Sequence record: NC_019405.1 | Strand: one strand, 5' to 3' | Length of the DNA stretch: 64,000 bases | Shown here: in pieces, positions 19,840-28,844 of the stretch | How positions within the stretch are numbered: position 1 is the first letter of the stretch | Layout: each line of letters begins with the position of its first letter | Notes under the pieces: generated by a model | What the model was told of the DNA's origin: nothing | Databases searched by the model: none | What the model saw: only the letters and a program-made list of their open reading frames with translations | Program-made: the position numbers and the translations under genes

Positions 19840-20523
19840 TCAGGCGCCCGTCGAGCCGAACCCGCCGGCTCCCCGCTCCGTCTCGTCCAGGCTCTCGACC
19901 TCGACGACCGGCACGATCAGGCACTGTTCGAGGATGATCTGGGCGATGCGATCGCCGGGCTTGATCTCCACGGTCTCTCCGAAGAAGGGCGCGCCGAAGA
20001 CGTCGGCCTGCTTGCCGTGGTGGGTCAGGATGACCTTGACCTCGCCGGTGTAGTCCTCGTCCACCACGCCGGCCAGGACCCCGATGCCCTTGACGCCCAG
20101 GCCCGAGCGCGGCGCGACGCGGGCATAGGTTCCCTCGGGCGCGGTGATCGAGAGGCCCGTCGACAGCAGGGCGCGATCGCCGGGGTTCAGGCGCACTGTC
20201 GTCTCGCCGTCGTAATAGACGTCCAGGCCGGCGGCCTTGGGCGAGCCCCGCGTCGGGAGCTTGGCGGTCTGGGTCAGGCGCTTGACCTTCAGGACCGGGC
20301 CGTCGTGCTTCACCTTGGTCAACCCCCTCGCCTCCTCCCAGGACAGAAACTGGACGTCGCGCGTGAACCGCCCGTAGAGAGCGACGTTCTGATCGACGCC
20401 TGAGCGGACGTCCGCCTCGATGCCGGCGCCCCGAAGGGCGTCGGCGAGGGTGTAGGCCTGCTCAGCTTGCGCAGCCCTTTGATAGAAGACGGTAGCTCGG
20501 CCGTAAAGGTGGGTCGGGGACAT
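19840..20523 (-). CDS. dut: dUTPase (trimeric type) with an N-terminal extension
   Basis: AAGLD, VAPRSGL, GVVDEDYTGEV, GDRIAQ and RGAGGFGSTG motifs. Confidence 0.95.
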   Translation of the reverse strand: MSPTHLYGRATVFYQRAAQAEQAYTLADALRGAGIEADVRSGVDQNVALYGRFTRDVQFLSWEEARGLTKVKHDGPVLKVKRLTQTAKLPTRGSPKAAGLDVYYDGETTVRLNPGDRALLSTGLSITAPEGTYARVAPRSGLGVKGIGVLAGVVDEDYTGEVKVILTHHGKQADVFGAPFFGETVEIKPGDRIAQIILEQCLIVPVVEVESLDETERGAGGFGSTGA

Positions 20524-20540
20524 TATTTTCGGGCCTCTGG

Positions 20541-21974
20541 TTAACGGGGGATGTCGAGGTGATCGGCCAGGGCGTCGGCGCCGCCAATGAAGGCTTCCTC
20601 CTCGCCGGCCGCGTCCAGCAGGAAGATCATCGGCGAGGTGTTCCAGGTCGGGTGGCCCCAGTTCTGGCGGACGTCCTCGAACTTGGCGCGGCGGTCCTCG
20701 TCGCTGGGCTGGACGGCGTCATAGGGGATGCCCTCACGATCCAGGTAGGCCTTGGCCCGGTCGCAGTGCGGGCAGTTGGCCTTGGTGTAGACCCGGTATT
20801 CCGGCGCGCCGGCCGGCGCGGTGACCGCCACCTCGTCGAGGCGCTTGACCGACCAGTAACGCGGCGTCTCGGGGATCGCGCAGACGCCCTCCTCGGCGCA
20901 GCCGTCGTCCTCCAGAGGCGGCGTCCAGACCGGGCGCTGAAGGAAGCTGAACGCCCGTTCCCAGCCAGGGATTTCGCCCTTGCCGTACTCCGTCGAGCGC
21001 TGCTCGAAGAAGTTGGTGTGGGTCGGGGCGTTCATGATCCAGTCGAGCCAGTCGAACGGATTGTCCTTGACGCCGTAATTGGGCTTCAAGCCCAGTTGCA
21101 GCAGCCGGCGGTCGGCGATGTAGCGGATGTACTGCTTGGTGTCCTCGGGCGTGACGCCCTCGATCTGGAGCTTGCGGAACTTGCCCGAGCGGCGCTCGGC
21201 GCGGTTCTTCGCCGCCGGCTTGGCCTCGGACATGTCGGGGGCGATCGCGAAGGCCTGATCGATGAACGCGTCTTCGAGATCGACCATGGCGCGGCAGGCG
21301 TCATAGATGCGCTTCTTGGTCTCGTCGTTCCAGGAGCGCGGGTGCTCCTTGATCAACTCGTGCAGGAGCTTGATCATCGACTCCACGTGATGGCTCTCGT
21401 CGCGGATCGACCACTCGACGATCGTGGTCATGCCCTTCATGCGATTGCGACGCTGGAAGGACATCAGCAGAGCGAAGGACGAGAAAAGCTGCATCCCCTC
21501 GCCGAAGGCCGAGAACACGGCGATGTCGACCATCAGGTCGGCGATCGAGTTGCCGCTGTCCCGATTGAACATGTACTCGTGCTTCTCGCGCATCGCCTCG
21601 TAGTCGAGGAAGGCGCGGAACTCGACCTCGGGCAGGCCCAGGGTGTCGATCAGCGTCGAGTAGGCGTCGATGTGGTTGGCCTCGGCGGCGATGAACGCGC
21701 CCAGCATCATCCGCACTTCCGGGTGCGGGAAGCGCGGGCCGTACTTCTCGAAGTAGCCGCGCGCCACGTCGACGTCGGCCTGGGTGAAGAACCGGAAGAG
21801 TTGCGTCAGCAGGGACTTCTCGTCCGGCGTCAGCTTCTCGTTCCAGTCCTGGATGTCCTGGTCCATGGGGGCTTCGTGCGGAAGCCAGTGCATGGCCTGC
21901 ATGGTCTTGTAGGCCTCGTAGGCCCAGGGGTAGACGAACGGCTTGTAGTAGTCGCGGGACTTGAGCAGGGACAT
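20541..21974 (-). CDS. nrdB: Class I ribonucleotide reductase beta subunit fused to a C-terminal glutaredoxin domain
   Basis: FFTQADVDV, EANHIDAY, EGMQLFSSF, RDESHH and NFFEQR iron-site motifs; C-terminal VYTKANCPHCDRAK...TSPMIF...FIGG. Confidence 0.93.
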   Translation of the reverse strand: MSLLKSRDYYKPFVYPWAYEAYKTMQAMHWLPHEAPMDQDIQDWNEKLTPDEKSLLTQLFRFFTQADVDVARGYFEKYGPRFPHPEVRMMLGAFIAAEANHIDAYSTLIDTLGLPEVEFRAFLDYEAMREKHEYMFNRDSGNSIADLMVDIAVFSAFGEGMQLFSSFALLMSFQRRNRMKGMTTIVEWSIRDESHHVESMIKLLHELIKEHPRSWNDETKKRIYDACRAMVDLEDAFIDQAFAIAPDMSEAKPAAKNRAERRSGKFRKLQIEGVTPEDTKQYIRYIADRRLLQLGLKPNYGVKDNPFDWLDWIMNAPTHTNFFEQRSTEYGKGEIPGWERAFSFLQRPVWTPPLEDDGCAEEGVCAIPETPRYWSVKRLDEVAVTAPAGAPEYRVYTKANCPHCDRAKAYLDREGIPYDAVQPSDEDRRAKFEDVRQNWGHPTWNTSPMIFLLDAAGEEEAFIGGADALADHLDIPR

Positions 21975-22027
21975 GAAGGGGTCTCAGGAAAAGGAGGGAA
22001 GGGGAGGATGAAGGGGCCGCCGGCCCC

Positions 22028-24835
22028 TTACCCCTCACATGCCAAGCAGTCGGACGAGGCCGTCGGATTGAGGGCCAGCATCGCGGCCTCCTCGGCGGAG
22101 CCCTCGGTCACGGGCTCCTCGGCGAACTCGATCTTCTTGCGCTCGACCTTGGCGTTGGTGTTCTCGGCCCGCTTGGGGGTCGACGAGCGCAGGTAGTAGA
22201 ACGACTTGACGCCGGCGCCCTCGCCCCAGCCCAGGAAGTGGAGTTCCGAGAGGTACTCGGCGTCCGCGTCGTGAGGCACGAAGACGTTCAGGGACTGGCC
22301 CTGACAGATCGACTTGGAGCGGTCGACCGCCAGGGTCACGACCCAACGCTGATCCATCTCGCGGGCGGTCCGGTAGACCTTCAGGAGATGCAGGCGCTCG
22401 GCTTCCGGCATGGTCACGCCGTGCTCGGCCAGGAACTCGGGCGTGAAGTGCTGGATCGAACCCTCGGCCGCGACGATTGACTTCCAGACCGCCTCGGTGT
22501 TCAGGCCCAGTTCACCCAGGCGCTTCTTCAGCCAGCGGTTCTTGACGGCGAACGAGCCCGACAGGGTCTTGTGCAGGAAGGTGTTGGCCGGGATCGGCTC
22601 GATCGACGGCGAGGTGCCTCCGCAGAGGATCGAGGACGAGGCGTTGGGCGCCACGGCCAGCTTGTGGGCGAACCGCTCGCCCGTGCCTTCCATGTCCGGC
22701 GCCTCGCCGCGCTCCTTGCCCAGCAGCAGGGAAGCCGCGTCGGCCTGCTTGCGCATGTGGGCGAACAGTTCCAGGTTCAGCCGGCGGGCGGCGTGACTCT
22801 CGAACGGGATGTCCAGCATCTGGAGCAGCGAGTGGAAGCCGAGCAGGCCCAGGCCCACCGACCGTTCGCGCACGGCGCTGTAGGCGGCGCGGTGCATCTC
22901 GTCCGGCGCGTTGTCGATGAACACCTGGAGGCAGTTGTCCAGCATGCGCAGCAGGTCTTCGATGAAGGTCGGGTGATCCCGCCACTCCGGCCACTTCTCG
23001 GCGTTGACGCTGGAGAGGCAGCAGACGGCGGTCCGCATCTTGCCGAAGATGTCGCGGCCCGAGCCCAGCATGATCTCCGAGCAGTTGCCCGTCAGATAGC
23101 CGTTGAAGACCAGACGGTGGCGCAGGGGCTCGGTCGCGCAGAAGACGTCAGCCTTGTGCGCGAGCGGATGGACGTCGGCGACCGTCGCCGCCAGGATCGA
23201 GGCCACCCCGATCGCGGCGTCGCGCGGCTCGATCGCGTGGGCCAGGACGATGCCGCGATCCGACAGATAGGCCACATCCCACTCGGCGAGCGAGAAGGCG
23301 CTGACCGTGTCGGTCAGGCGGATGCGCGGGTGCAGGCCGGACTCGATGGCCATGAGGCGCATCTGGCGGATCAGGTCGACGTCGGTCGAGCCCACGGTCA
23401 GCCAACGCACGCCGTCGATCTCGACCCACTCGCCGGCCGCGTCCAGGGCGCCGGCCAGCCACGTCAGGCGGCGTTCGACGGTCCAGGCGAATGGCACCAC
23501 GCCGGGATTGATCACCTGCGGGTCAAAGCGCAGGGTCGTGCCGTGCTCGTCGCCTTCCAGGTTGGTCGACAGCGTCGACAGGCGCTTGAGCACCTCGCCC
23601 GGCAGGCTCGCGGGCACGAAGGCCGACAGCCGGTTTTTGTCGTCGAAGCCGGCGAAGGTCGTCCACCCGGCGGCATAGGCCTGCTCGATCGGCGGCGTCG
23701 CCTCGGCCAGCCCCTCGATCACCGGCGCCTGGGCCTTGGCCAGCACGGTCCCGAGCTTCAGTTCGCCGGCCCGCACCTCCACGCCGTCCTGGGTGTAGAA
23801 CTTGTGGTAGGGGGTGCAGTCGAGATAGTCGCCGTCCTCGAACCAGACGCGCACCAGCGAGGCCTTCTCGTCGGTGGGGTTGGTCTGCTGGATCAGGACG
23901 CGGCTGAATTCCTCGCCGTTCCAGACGTCGTGGTATTCGCCCTTCAGGGCCTCGATCGGCAGGTGGCCGTTGCGGGTCAGGATTTCGGTCTCGCCGGTCA
24001 CGCAGAGGTTCGACTGGCGGACCTTGAGGCCGAGCTTCTTCTGCGCCTCGGGGAAGTGGCGGTTGGAGGTGTCGATGAAGTGGATGTAGGGCTCGCCCGT
24101 CTGCATCCGCGTCTCGATCAGCAGGCGCCACAGTTCGCGCGCCCGCTCGACGCGGATCACCTCGCCGGTCTTGGGCGAGCGCAGGGCGAACTCGGTGTCG
24201 TCGCGCACCGCGATCATGAACTCGTCGGTGACGTTGACGGCGTTGTGCAGGTTGGTGATCTTGCGGTTCTGGTCGCCGCCAGTAGGCTTGCGGGCCGTGA
24301 TGAACTCGCGGATTTCCGGGTGGCTGATGTCCAGATAGACGGCGTTGGAGCCCCGGCGCGTGCCGCCTTGGCTGACGGCGAGAATCAGGCGATCGTCCAC
24401 CGCCATGAACGGGATCACGCCGGTCGACTGCGAACCCTTCGAGGTCTTCTCGCCCAGGCCGCGCAGGGCGCCGTAATAGGAGCCGATGCCGCCGCCCATC
24501 GACGAGAGCCAGATGACCTCGTCATAGTGCTCGGAGATCGACTCGCGGCTGTCCTCGATCGCGGTGAGGAAGCAGGAGATCGGCAGGCCGCGCGCGGACC
24601 CGCCGTTCGACAGCAGGGGCGTGGCGAACATGAACCAGAGGTTCGAGACATAGTCGTAGAGCCGCTGGCCGTGCTCGGCGTCATCCGCGAAGGCCGCACT
24701 CGCGCGCGCGAAGGCCTCCTGGGGCGAGCTTTCCCCAGGCAGCAGATAGCGTTCACGGAGGGTCTGAAGGGTGAAGTCGTCGAGCAGGGCGTCGCGGGTG
24801 AGATCGATCTTGATTTCGGAGGGTGCGACAGCCAT
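22028..24835 (-). CDS. nrdA: Class I ribonucleotide reductase alpha subunit, interrupted by an intein
   Basis: FMFATP, LPISCFL, QGGTRRGS, TGEPY, QSNL-[intein]-CSEI, LAVAPNASSS, KSFYYLRS and C-terminal CLACEG redox pair. Start ATG at 24835 chosen over the ORF-track start. Confidence 0.95.
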   Translation of the reverse strand: MAVAPSEIKIDLTRDALLDDFTLQTLRERYLLPGESSPQEAFARASAAFADDAEHGQRLYDYVSNLWFMFATPLLSNGGSARGLPISCFLTAIEDSRESISEHYDEVIWLSSMGGGIGSYYGALRGLGEKTSKGSQSTGVIPFMAVDDRLILAVSQGGTRRGSNAVYLDISHPEIREFITARKPTGGDQNRKITNLHNAVNVTDEFMIAVRDDTEFALRSPKTGEVIRVERARELWRLLIETRMQTGEPYIHFIDTSNRHFPEAQKKLGLKVRQSNLCVTGETEILTRNGHLPIEALKGEYHDVWNGEEFSRVLIQQTNPTDEKASLVRVWFEDGDYLDCTPYHKFYTQDGVEVRAGELKLGTVLAKAQAPVIEGLAEATPPIEQAYAAGWTTFAGFDDKNRLSAFVPASLPGEVLKRLSTLSTNLEGDEHGTTLRFDPQVINPGVVPFAWTVERRLTWLAGALDAAGEWVEIDGVRWLTVGSTDVDLIRQMRLMAIESGLHPRIRLTDTVSAFSLAEWDVAYLSDRGIVLAHAIEPRDAAIGVASILAATVADVHPLAHKADVFCATEPLRHRLVFNGYLTGNCSEIMLGSGRDIFGKMRTAVCCLSSVNAEKWPEWRDHPTFIEDLLRMLDNCLQVFIDNAPDEMHRAAYSAVRERSVGLGLLGFHSLLQMLDIPFESHAARRLNLELFAHMRKQADAASLLLGKERGEAPDMEGTGERFAHKLAVAPNASSSILCGGTSPSIEPIPANTFLHKTLSGSFAVKNRWLKKRLGELGLNTEAVWKSIVAAEGSIQHFTPEFLAEHGVTMPEAERLHLLKVYRTAREMDQRWVVTLAVDRSKSICQGQSLNVFVPHDADAEYLSELHFLGWGEGAGVKSFYYLRSSTPKRAENTNAKVERKKIEFAEEPVTEGSAEEAAMLALNPTASSDCLACEG
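23084..24004 (-). mobile_element. Intein (~307 aa) with a degenerate LAGLIDADG homing-endonuclease region
   Basis: Begins CVTGETEILT, has the block B motif LDCTPYHKF, ends HRLVFNGYLTGN with Cys as +1 residue; internal YAAGWTTFAG and WLAGALDAAG. Confidence 0.92.
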
Positions 24836-24918
24836 GGGGTCTCGTTCTCGCGTCGAGGCGCGATGCGTTAAAAAGCCCTGAGAAATCAGGGCCTTAGATT
24901 GACAGCAAAGGATGGTTA

Positions 24919-24956
24919 AGATAGCCTGAGGGGTCCCGAAAGTCAAGATTCACGAC
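24919..24956 (-). promoter_or_regulatory. nrdA promoter with the repeated motif (GTCGTGAATC-TTGACT, 17 bp spacer, TATCTT)
   Basis: Reverse-complement exact motif at 24942-24956 with canonical spacing. Confidence 0.72.
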
Positions 24957-24997
24957 ACTCGTGGACCCCTCAAAGATTCCTTGACAGCCCCTCGGAT

Positions 24998-25249
24998 TTA
25001 CTCGTCGGCGAACTTCATTCCGGCCGCCTGGAGGATGTCCTTGGTATTGCAGGGCTTCCCATCCAGGAGGAAACAGAGGCGGGTTTCGCGGACCCGATCC
25101 CCCAGCGCGGCGATCGCGCGTTCGAGGACCGTCATCCCATCGCCGAGGGGAGCGATCAGGGCTCCGGTCTCGCGCGGGAGGCGAGGGCCGCTGCCCTTCG
25201 CCTCCTTCGGGGTCTTGCTCCGCTTACCGGACAACGCCAGCCACCCCAA
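24998..25249 (-). CDS. Hypothetical protein (83 aa)
   Basis: Co-oriented ORF in the operon with typical codon usage. Confidence 0.55.
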   Translation of the reverse strand: MGWLALSGKRSKTPKEAKGSGPRLPRETGALIAPLGDGMTVLERAIAALGDRVRETRLCFLLDGKPCNTKDILQAAGMKFADE

Positions 25250-25571
25250 CCACCGCCTGGAACTCGGCCAGGGCTTGGTCGACGTCGTGCCCGGCGGCGA
25301 TCTTCGCCGAGAGGTCCGCGACGGCGGTATTGACCCGGTCGAGTTCGGCCTTGAAGTAGTCCGGGGTCTCCTTCAGGATGTTGACCAGCGCCAGGGTGAC
25401 GATGTCGACCACCGGGATGCGGATGGTCTCGCCGTCGGCTTCGTTGAACGAGGCCAGCGACAGGCCGATGGTGAAGCCGCTCGGATTATCCGGCGTCTCG
25501 GTCAGGGCCAGGACCGCTTGGGCGAGCGAGCGCTCTTCTTGGACCTGGATGTCTTCAGTGGGGGAGGTCAT
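25224..25571 (-). CDS. Hypothetical protein (115 aa)
   Basis: Co-oriented ORF, AGGA RBS, overlaps its neighbours. Confidence 0.65.
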   Translation of the reverse strand: MTSPTEDIQVQEERSLAQAVLALTETPDNPSGFTIGLSLASFNEADGETIRIPVVDIVTLALVNILKETPDYFKAELDRVNTAVADLSAKIAAGHDVDQALAEFQAVVGVAGVVR

Positions 25572-25860
25572 GGGATTCCTGCTGCATGAGGAGGGTGATG
25601 CGGTTGACGGCGTCGACTTCGCTGATCGGCCCGGCCTTCAACAGGGCGTCGATCGTGTCGGCGATCACCCCCTGCTGGTCGAGAGTCATGATCGCGAGGC
25701 CGTAGAGCAGCGCCTGGGACGCGTGGCGCCGGACGCTCGGGGTGGTGTGGTGGATGATCAGGTCGGCCTCGGCGCGGTCCCCGCTGGCGGGCACGAAGGC
25801 CGAAAGCGAGAATTCCGGGGCCAGATCGTCCGGGATATCGAGAGGGGCGGGGGAGGACAT
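25555..25860 (-). CDS. Hypothetical protein (101 aa)
   Basis: Co-oriented ORF downstream of a motif variant at 25899-25913. Confidence 0.65.
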   Translation of the reverse strand: MSSPAPLDIPDDLAPEFSLSAFVPASGDRAEADLIIHHTTPSVRRHASQALLYGLAIMTLDQQGVIADTIDALLKAGPISEVDAVNRITLLMQQESHDLPH

Positions 25861-25927
25861 GCTCGGCTCCGGTGATGTCGTGTCTCCTGACGATTGATGT
25901 CAGGATTCACGACATCGGTCAACAAGG

Positions 25928-26887
25928 TTAATTCGCCGCAGGGGCGTCCCAGACGGCTTCGCCCGGCACGAACTTGCGGAACTGCTGGAAGCCCCGGAAA
26001 TTGCCCTGGTGCGCCTTGGTCAGCGCGGCGCCCGGACGGGCGGCGCGGGCTTGGTGCTCCAGCGGCGAGGCGTGGACCGGCTGGGAGGCGGCCAGCTTCA
26101 GGAAGGTCCCGACGTCACGGGTGATCGAGGCCTTGGAGCCGTCGAAGTCGCGGTAGCTGGCGCGCGCGCAGCGCGACGCCGACGAGACGATCAGGAGGCG
26201 GTCGATCTCGGAGACCTCGCGCAGATTGACGAAGGCGAAGTCGATCAGGCCCAGATTGTAGTCGGCCTGAGCCCGCTCGTTGCGCAGGAAGCGCGAGATC
26301 GTGTCGATGTCTTCTTCCAGGTTGATGAACGGCAGGTGCCATTCGCCGGGCCGCAGCAGGCGCGGGGTCTGGGCATACAGGTCCGCCTTGATCCGCCGCG
26401 CCAGGGTCTGGATTTCGTCCTGGGCGCCGGCGTCGTCGCGCAGGGTTAGGAAGTTGATCCAGTCGGTGGCCGAGACCACGACCGAGATGTAGCCGAACCA
26501 TTCGGTGGCGCGGTTGACCCACTGCTTATGGATGTTGAGGCCGCCTTCCCCGCGCGGCAGGCCTAGCTTGGCGACGCCGGCGCGCACCGCGTCCGCCATC
26601 TCCATCCAGATCGCCTCGGCCGCCTCCTGGTCGGCGTTCGACAGGTAGTCGCCCGGCTGCATGCCCGGCTTGTTCTCGCGGAACAGCGGCACGTAGGGCT
26701 CGTCCAGCAGCATCTTCTTGAGCGGGATGGCCCGGCTCGACGAGGCGTTGCGGCTGAACACCCGATGGGTCATGAAGTCAGCGTGGACCATGCGCGGGTA
26801 GCGCAGCAGCAGGCTGTCCAGGCGCTTGCCGTCCTGGGTGATCGACGCGGCCAGCGGCGTCGTTTGAACGAAATCGAGGGTCGGCAT
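25928..26887 (-). CDS. thyX: FAD-dependent thymidylate synthase
   Basis: THRVFSRNASSSRAIP signature, WINFLTLR, SASRCARASY and HASPLEHQA. Confidence 0.9.
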   Translation of the reverse strand: MPTLDFVQTTPLAASITQDGKRLDSLLLRYPRMVHADFMTHRVFSRNASSSRAIPLKKMLLDEPYVPLFRENKPGMQPGDYLSNADQEAAEAIWMEMADAVRAGVAKLGLPRGEGGLNIHKQWVNRATEWFGYISVVVSATDWINFLTLRDDAGAQDEIQTLARRIKADLYAQTPRLLRPGEWHLPFINLEEDIDTISRFLRNERAQADYNLGLIDFAFVNLREVSEIDRLLIVSSASRCARASYRDFDGSKASITRDVGTFLKLAASQPVHASPLEHQARAARPGAALTKAHQGNFRGFQQFRKFVPGEAVWDAPAAN

Positions 26888-26890
26888 GGG

Positions 26891-27427
26891 TCAGTCCTGG
26901 TCGGCGTCGAGCACGATCATGGCGATCGCGTTGTGGAGATCGTCGATCCCCCGGTCGTTGGTGATGGTCCAGTCGGGGACGATCAGGTCCATCTCCAGTT
27001 CGGAGGCGTGCTGGGAGGCGGCGTCCTTGGTGACCTTGCGAGGGTCCTCGACGCGGATGATCCGGCCCTTCAGCGCCCGCACGGCGGCGGCCTCGTTCAG
27101 GAAGCGGCAGTCCGAGCAGACGACATGGCTGTAGCCGCCGGCCGCCCGCTTGAAGGCCTCGATCCAGGTGTCCGACTCGTAGGAGCGGAACATCTCGGTG
27201 CCGATCTTCTGGAGGATGTCGCGGGGGCTCTTGAAGGGGTAGCGGTCCAGGACCGTCTCCTTGAGCACCGGGTCCGACATTTCGAGGTCGGTCACGCCAT
27301 AGGCGATCTTGGCGATCTCCCGCAGCGGGTCGGCGAAGTTGATGTGGCGGTAGCCGGCGGCTTCCAGGCGGCGGGCGGCCGTCGTCTTGCCGTGCCCGCG
27401 CTTGCCGGTGATGGCAATCAGGTCCAT
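26891..27427 (-). CDS. Deoxynucleoside monophosphate kinase
   Basis: IAITGKRGHGKTT P-loop, FADPLR, PRDILQKIGTE, SDCRFLNE and HASE motifs. Confidence 0.9.
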   Translation of the reverse strand: MDLIAITGKRGHGKTTAARRLEAAGYRHINFADPLREIAKIAYGVTDLEMSDPVLKETVLDRYPFKSPRDILQKIGTEMFRSYESDTWIEAFKRAAGGYSHVVCSDCRFLNEAAAVRALKGRIIRVEDPRKVTKDAASQHASELEMDLIVPDWTITNDRGIDDLHNAIAMIVLDADQD

Positions 27428-27436
27428 GGGGTTCTC

Positions 27437-28771
27437 CTAGCGAAGGATGGTGAGGGTCTTGGCCGCGCGGGTGATGCCCGTGTAGAGCCATTTGTCTTCG
27501 TCGGCCCGGAAGCAGCCGCTTTCGTCGATCAGGACGACATCGTCCCACTGCGAACCCTGGCTGGCATGGCAGGTGATGGCGTAGGCCCAGTCCGCGACGA
27601 TCGAGCTTTTCAGCGCCCGCCAAGCCTTCTGCTCAGGCGCGGTGTAGCCCTTGTTGGTGCGCGAGAAGTGCTCCTCGAACATCCCCTGGAACATCGTCTT
27701 GTCGTGGTACTCGACGCCGTTCTCGTCGCTGAACGAGCCCTGGAACGTCGCGTCGCCATGGGTGAACTCGACCGACTTGAGCGAGGTCACTTCCGTGCCG
27801 TTGGTCAGGTCCGGGTTGTCACGGACGTTCTTGCGGATGATCAGCGGCTCGTTCTTCTGCGGCCCCACGCGCTCGCCGGGGTATTCGACGTAGCCGAATT
27901 CCGAGCGAAGCTGCTGGTTGACGTTCCACCGGGTCTTGTTGCGGCCGACGATGAACTGCGGGCGGTCCTCGAAATCGAAGACCTCCTCATATTCGGCGCG
28001 GCGCATGACTTTCACCCCGCTGCCGTAGTCGCGGAACGGCAGGTCCTTGCCTTCGCGCGCCAGGGTCGACAGGTGGATGATCGGATTGTCCTGGGCCTGC
28101 CGGTGGATTTCCGACAGGAAGAAGTCCGGATCATTGGCCAGCAGGCCCGCGTCGTCCTCGACCGGCGGAAGCTGACCAGGATCGCCCATGGCGAAGATCG
28201 GCACCCCGTATTCCATGAGGTCGTCGGTCATCCGGCGCCCGACCATGGACGCCTCGTCGACGACGATCAGGCTCGCCAACTGGATGGCGCTGTCGGGGTT
28301 CAGTTGGAAGTTGATCTTGTCCTCGCGGTAGGCCGCGCTGAGTTCGGCCTCCAGACGCTTGATCAGCTTCTTTTGCGTGAAGATGTGCTGGTCCTTGTCC
28401 GGATCGCCGCCTTCCATGGCGCAGATGTAGAGCGCTTCGCTGAGCGCTTCCCGGTGGTTTTCCAGGTCGGTTTCGAGTTGTGAGATCGGGGCCGGCTTGG
28501 CGCGGTAGATCGCCGAGTGGATCGTGCCCGCGTTGGTGTTGGCGTAGCCCTGGGCCTTCAGCTTGGTCCGCATGACCTTGGCGGCCTTGCCCGTCGGAGC
28601 GACGAAGGCCACGGTCTCGGGCGCGATGCCGAGGCTGTCGAGAATGAACGGCAGGATGGTGGACTTGCCCGAGCCGGCGAAGCCGGTCATCGTCGTCAGG
28701 GGTTGCCCGTCCTTGATCTTTTCGACAACGACCTTGCGGGCCGTGTCCTGTTGTGCGCTGAGCGTAGTCAT
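27437..28771 (-). CDS. RecD/Dda-like SF1B DNA helicase
   Basis: GFAGSGKS, APTGKAA, IVDEASMV, GDPGQLPPV, YAITCHASQGSQW and YTGITRA motifs. Confidence 0.92.
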   Translation of the reverse strand: MTTLSAQQDTARKVVVEKIKDGQPLTTMTGFAGSGKSTILPFILDSLGIAPETVAFVAPTGKAAKVMRTKLKAQGYANTNAGTIHSAIYRAKPAPISQLETDLENHREALSEALYICAMEGGDPDKDQHIFTQKKLIKRLEAELSAAYREDKINFQLNPDSAIQLASLIVVDEASMVGRRMTDDLMEYGVPIFAMGDPGQLPPVEDDAGLLANDPDFFLSEIHRQAQDNPIIHLSTLAREGKDLPFRDYGSGVKVMRRAEYEEVFDFEDRPQFIVGRNKTRWNVNQQLRSEFGYVEYPGERVGPQKNEPLIIRKNVRDNPDLTNGTEVTSLKSVEFTHGDATFQGSFSDENGVEYHDKTMFQGMFEEHFSRTNKGYTAPEQKAWRALKSSIVADWAYAITCHASQGSQWDDVVLIDESGCFRADEDKWLYTGITRAAKTLTILR

Positions 28772-28796
28772 CGGAGACTTTCGGACGAGACGAGGG

Positions 28797-28823
28797 AACC
28801 CGCCCGGACGCGCCGGGCGGGTT
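28797..28823 (-). terminator. Strong hairpin downstream of the SSB-like gene
   Basis: AACCCGCCCGG-ACGCG-CCGGGCGGGTT perfect 11-bp stem; the U-tract is weak. Confidence 0.5.
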
Positions 28824-28844
28824 GGTCGAAGGGATCAGGAGCGC

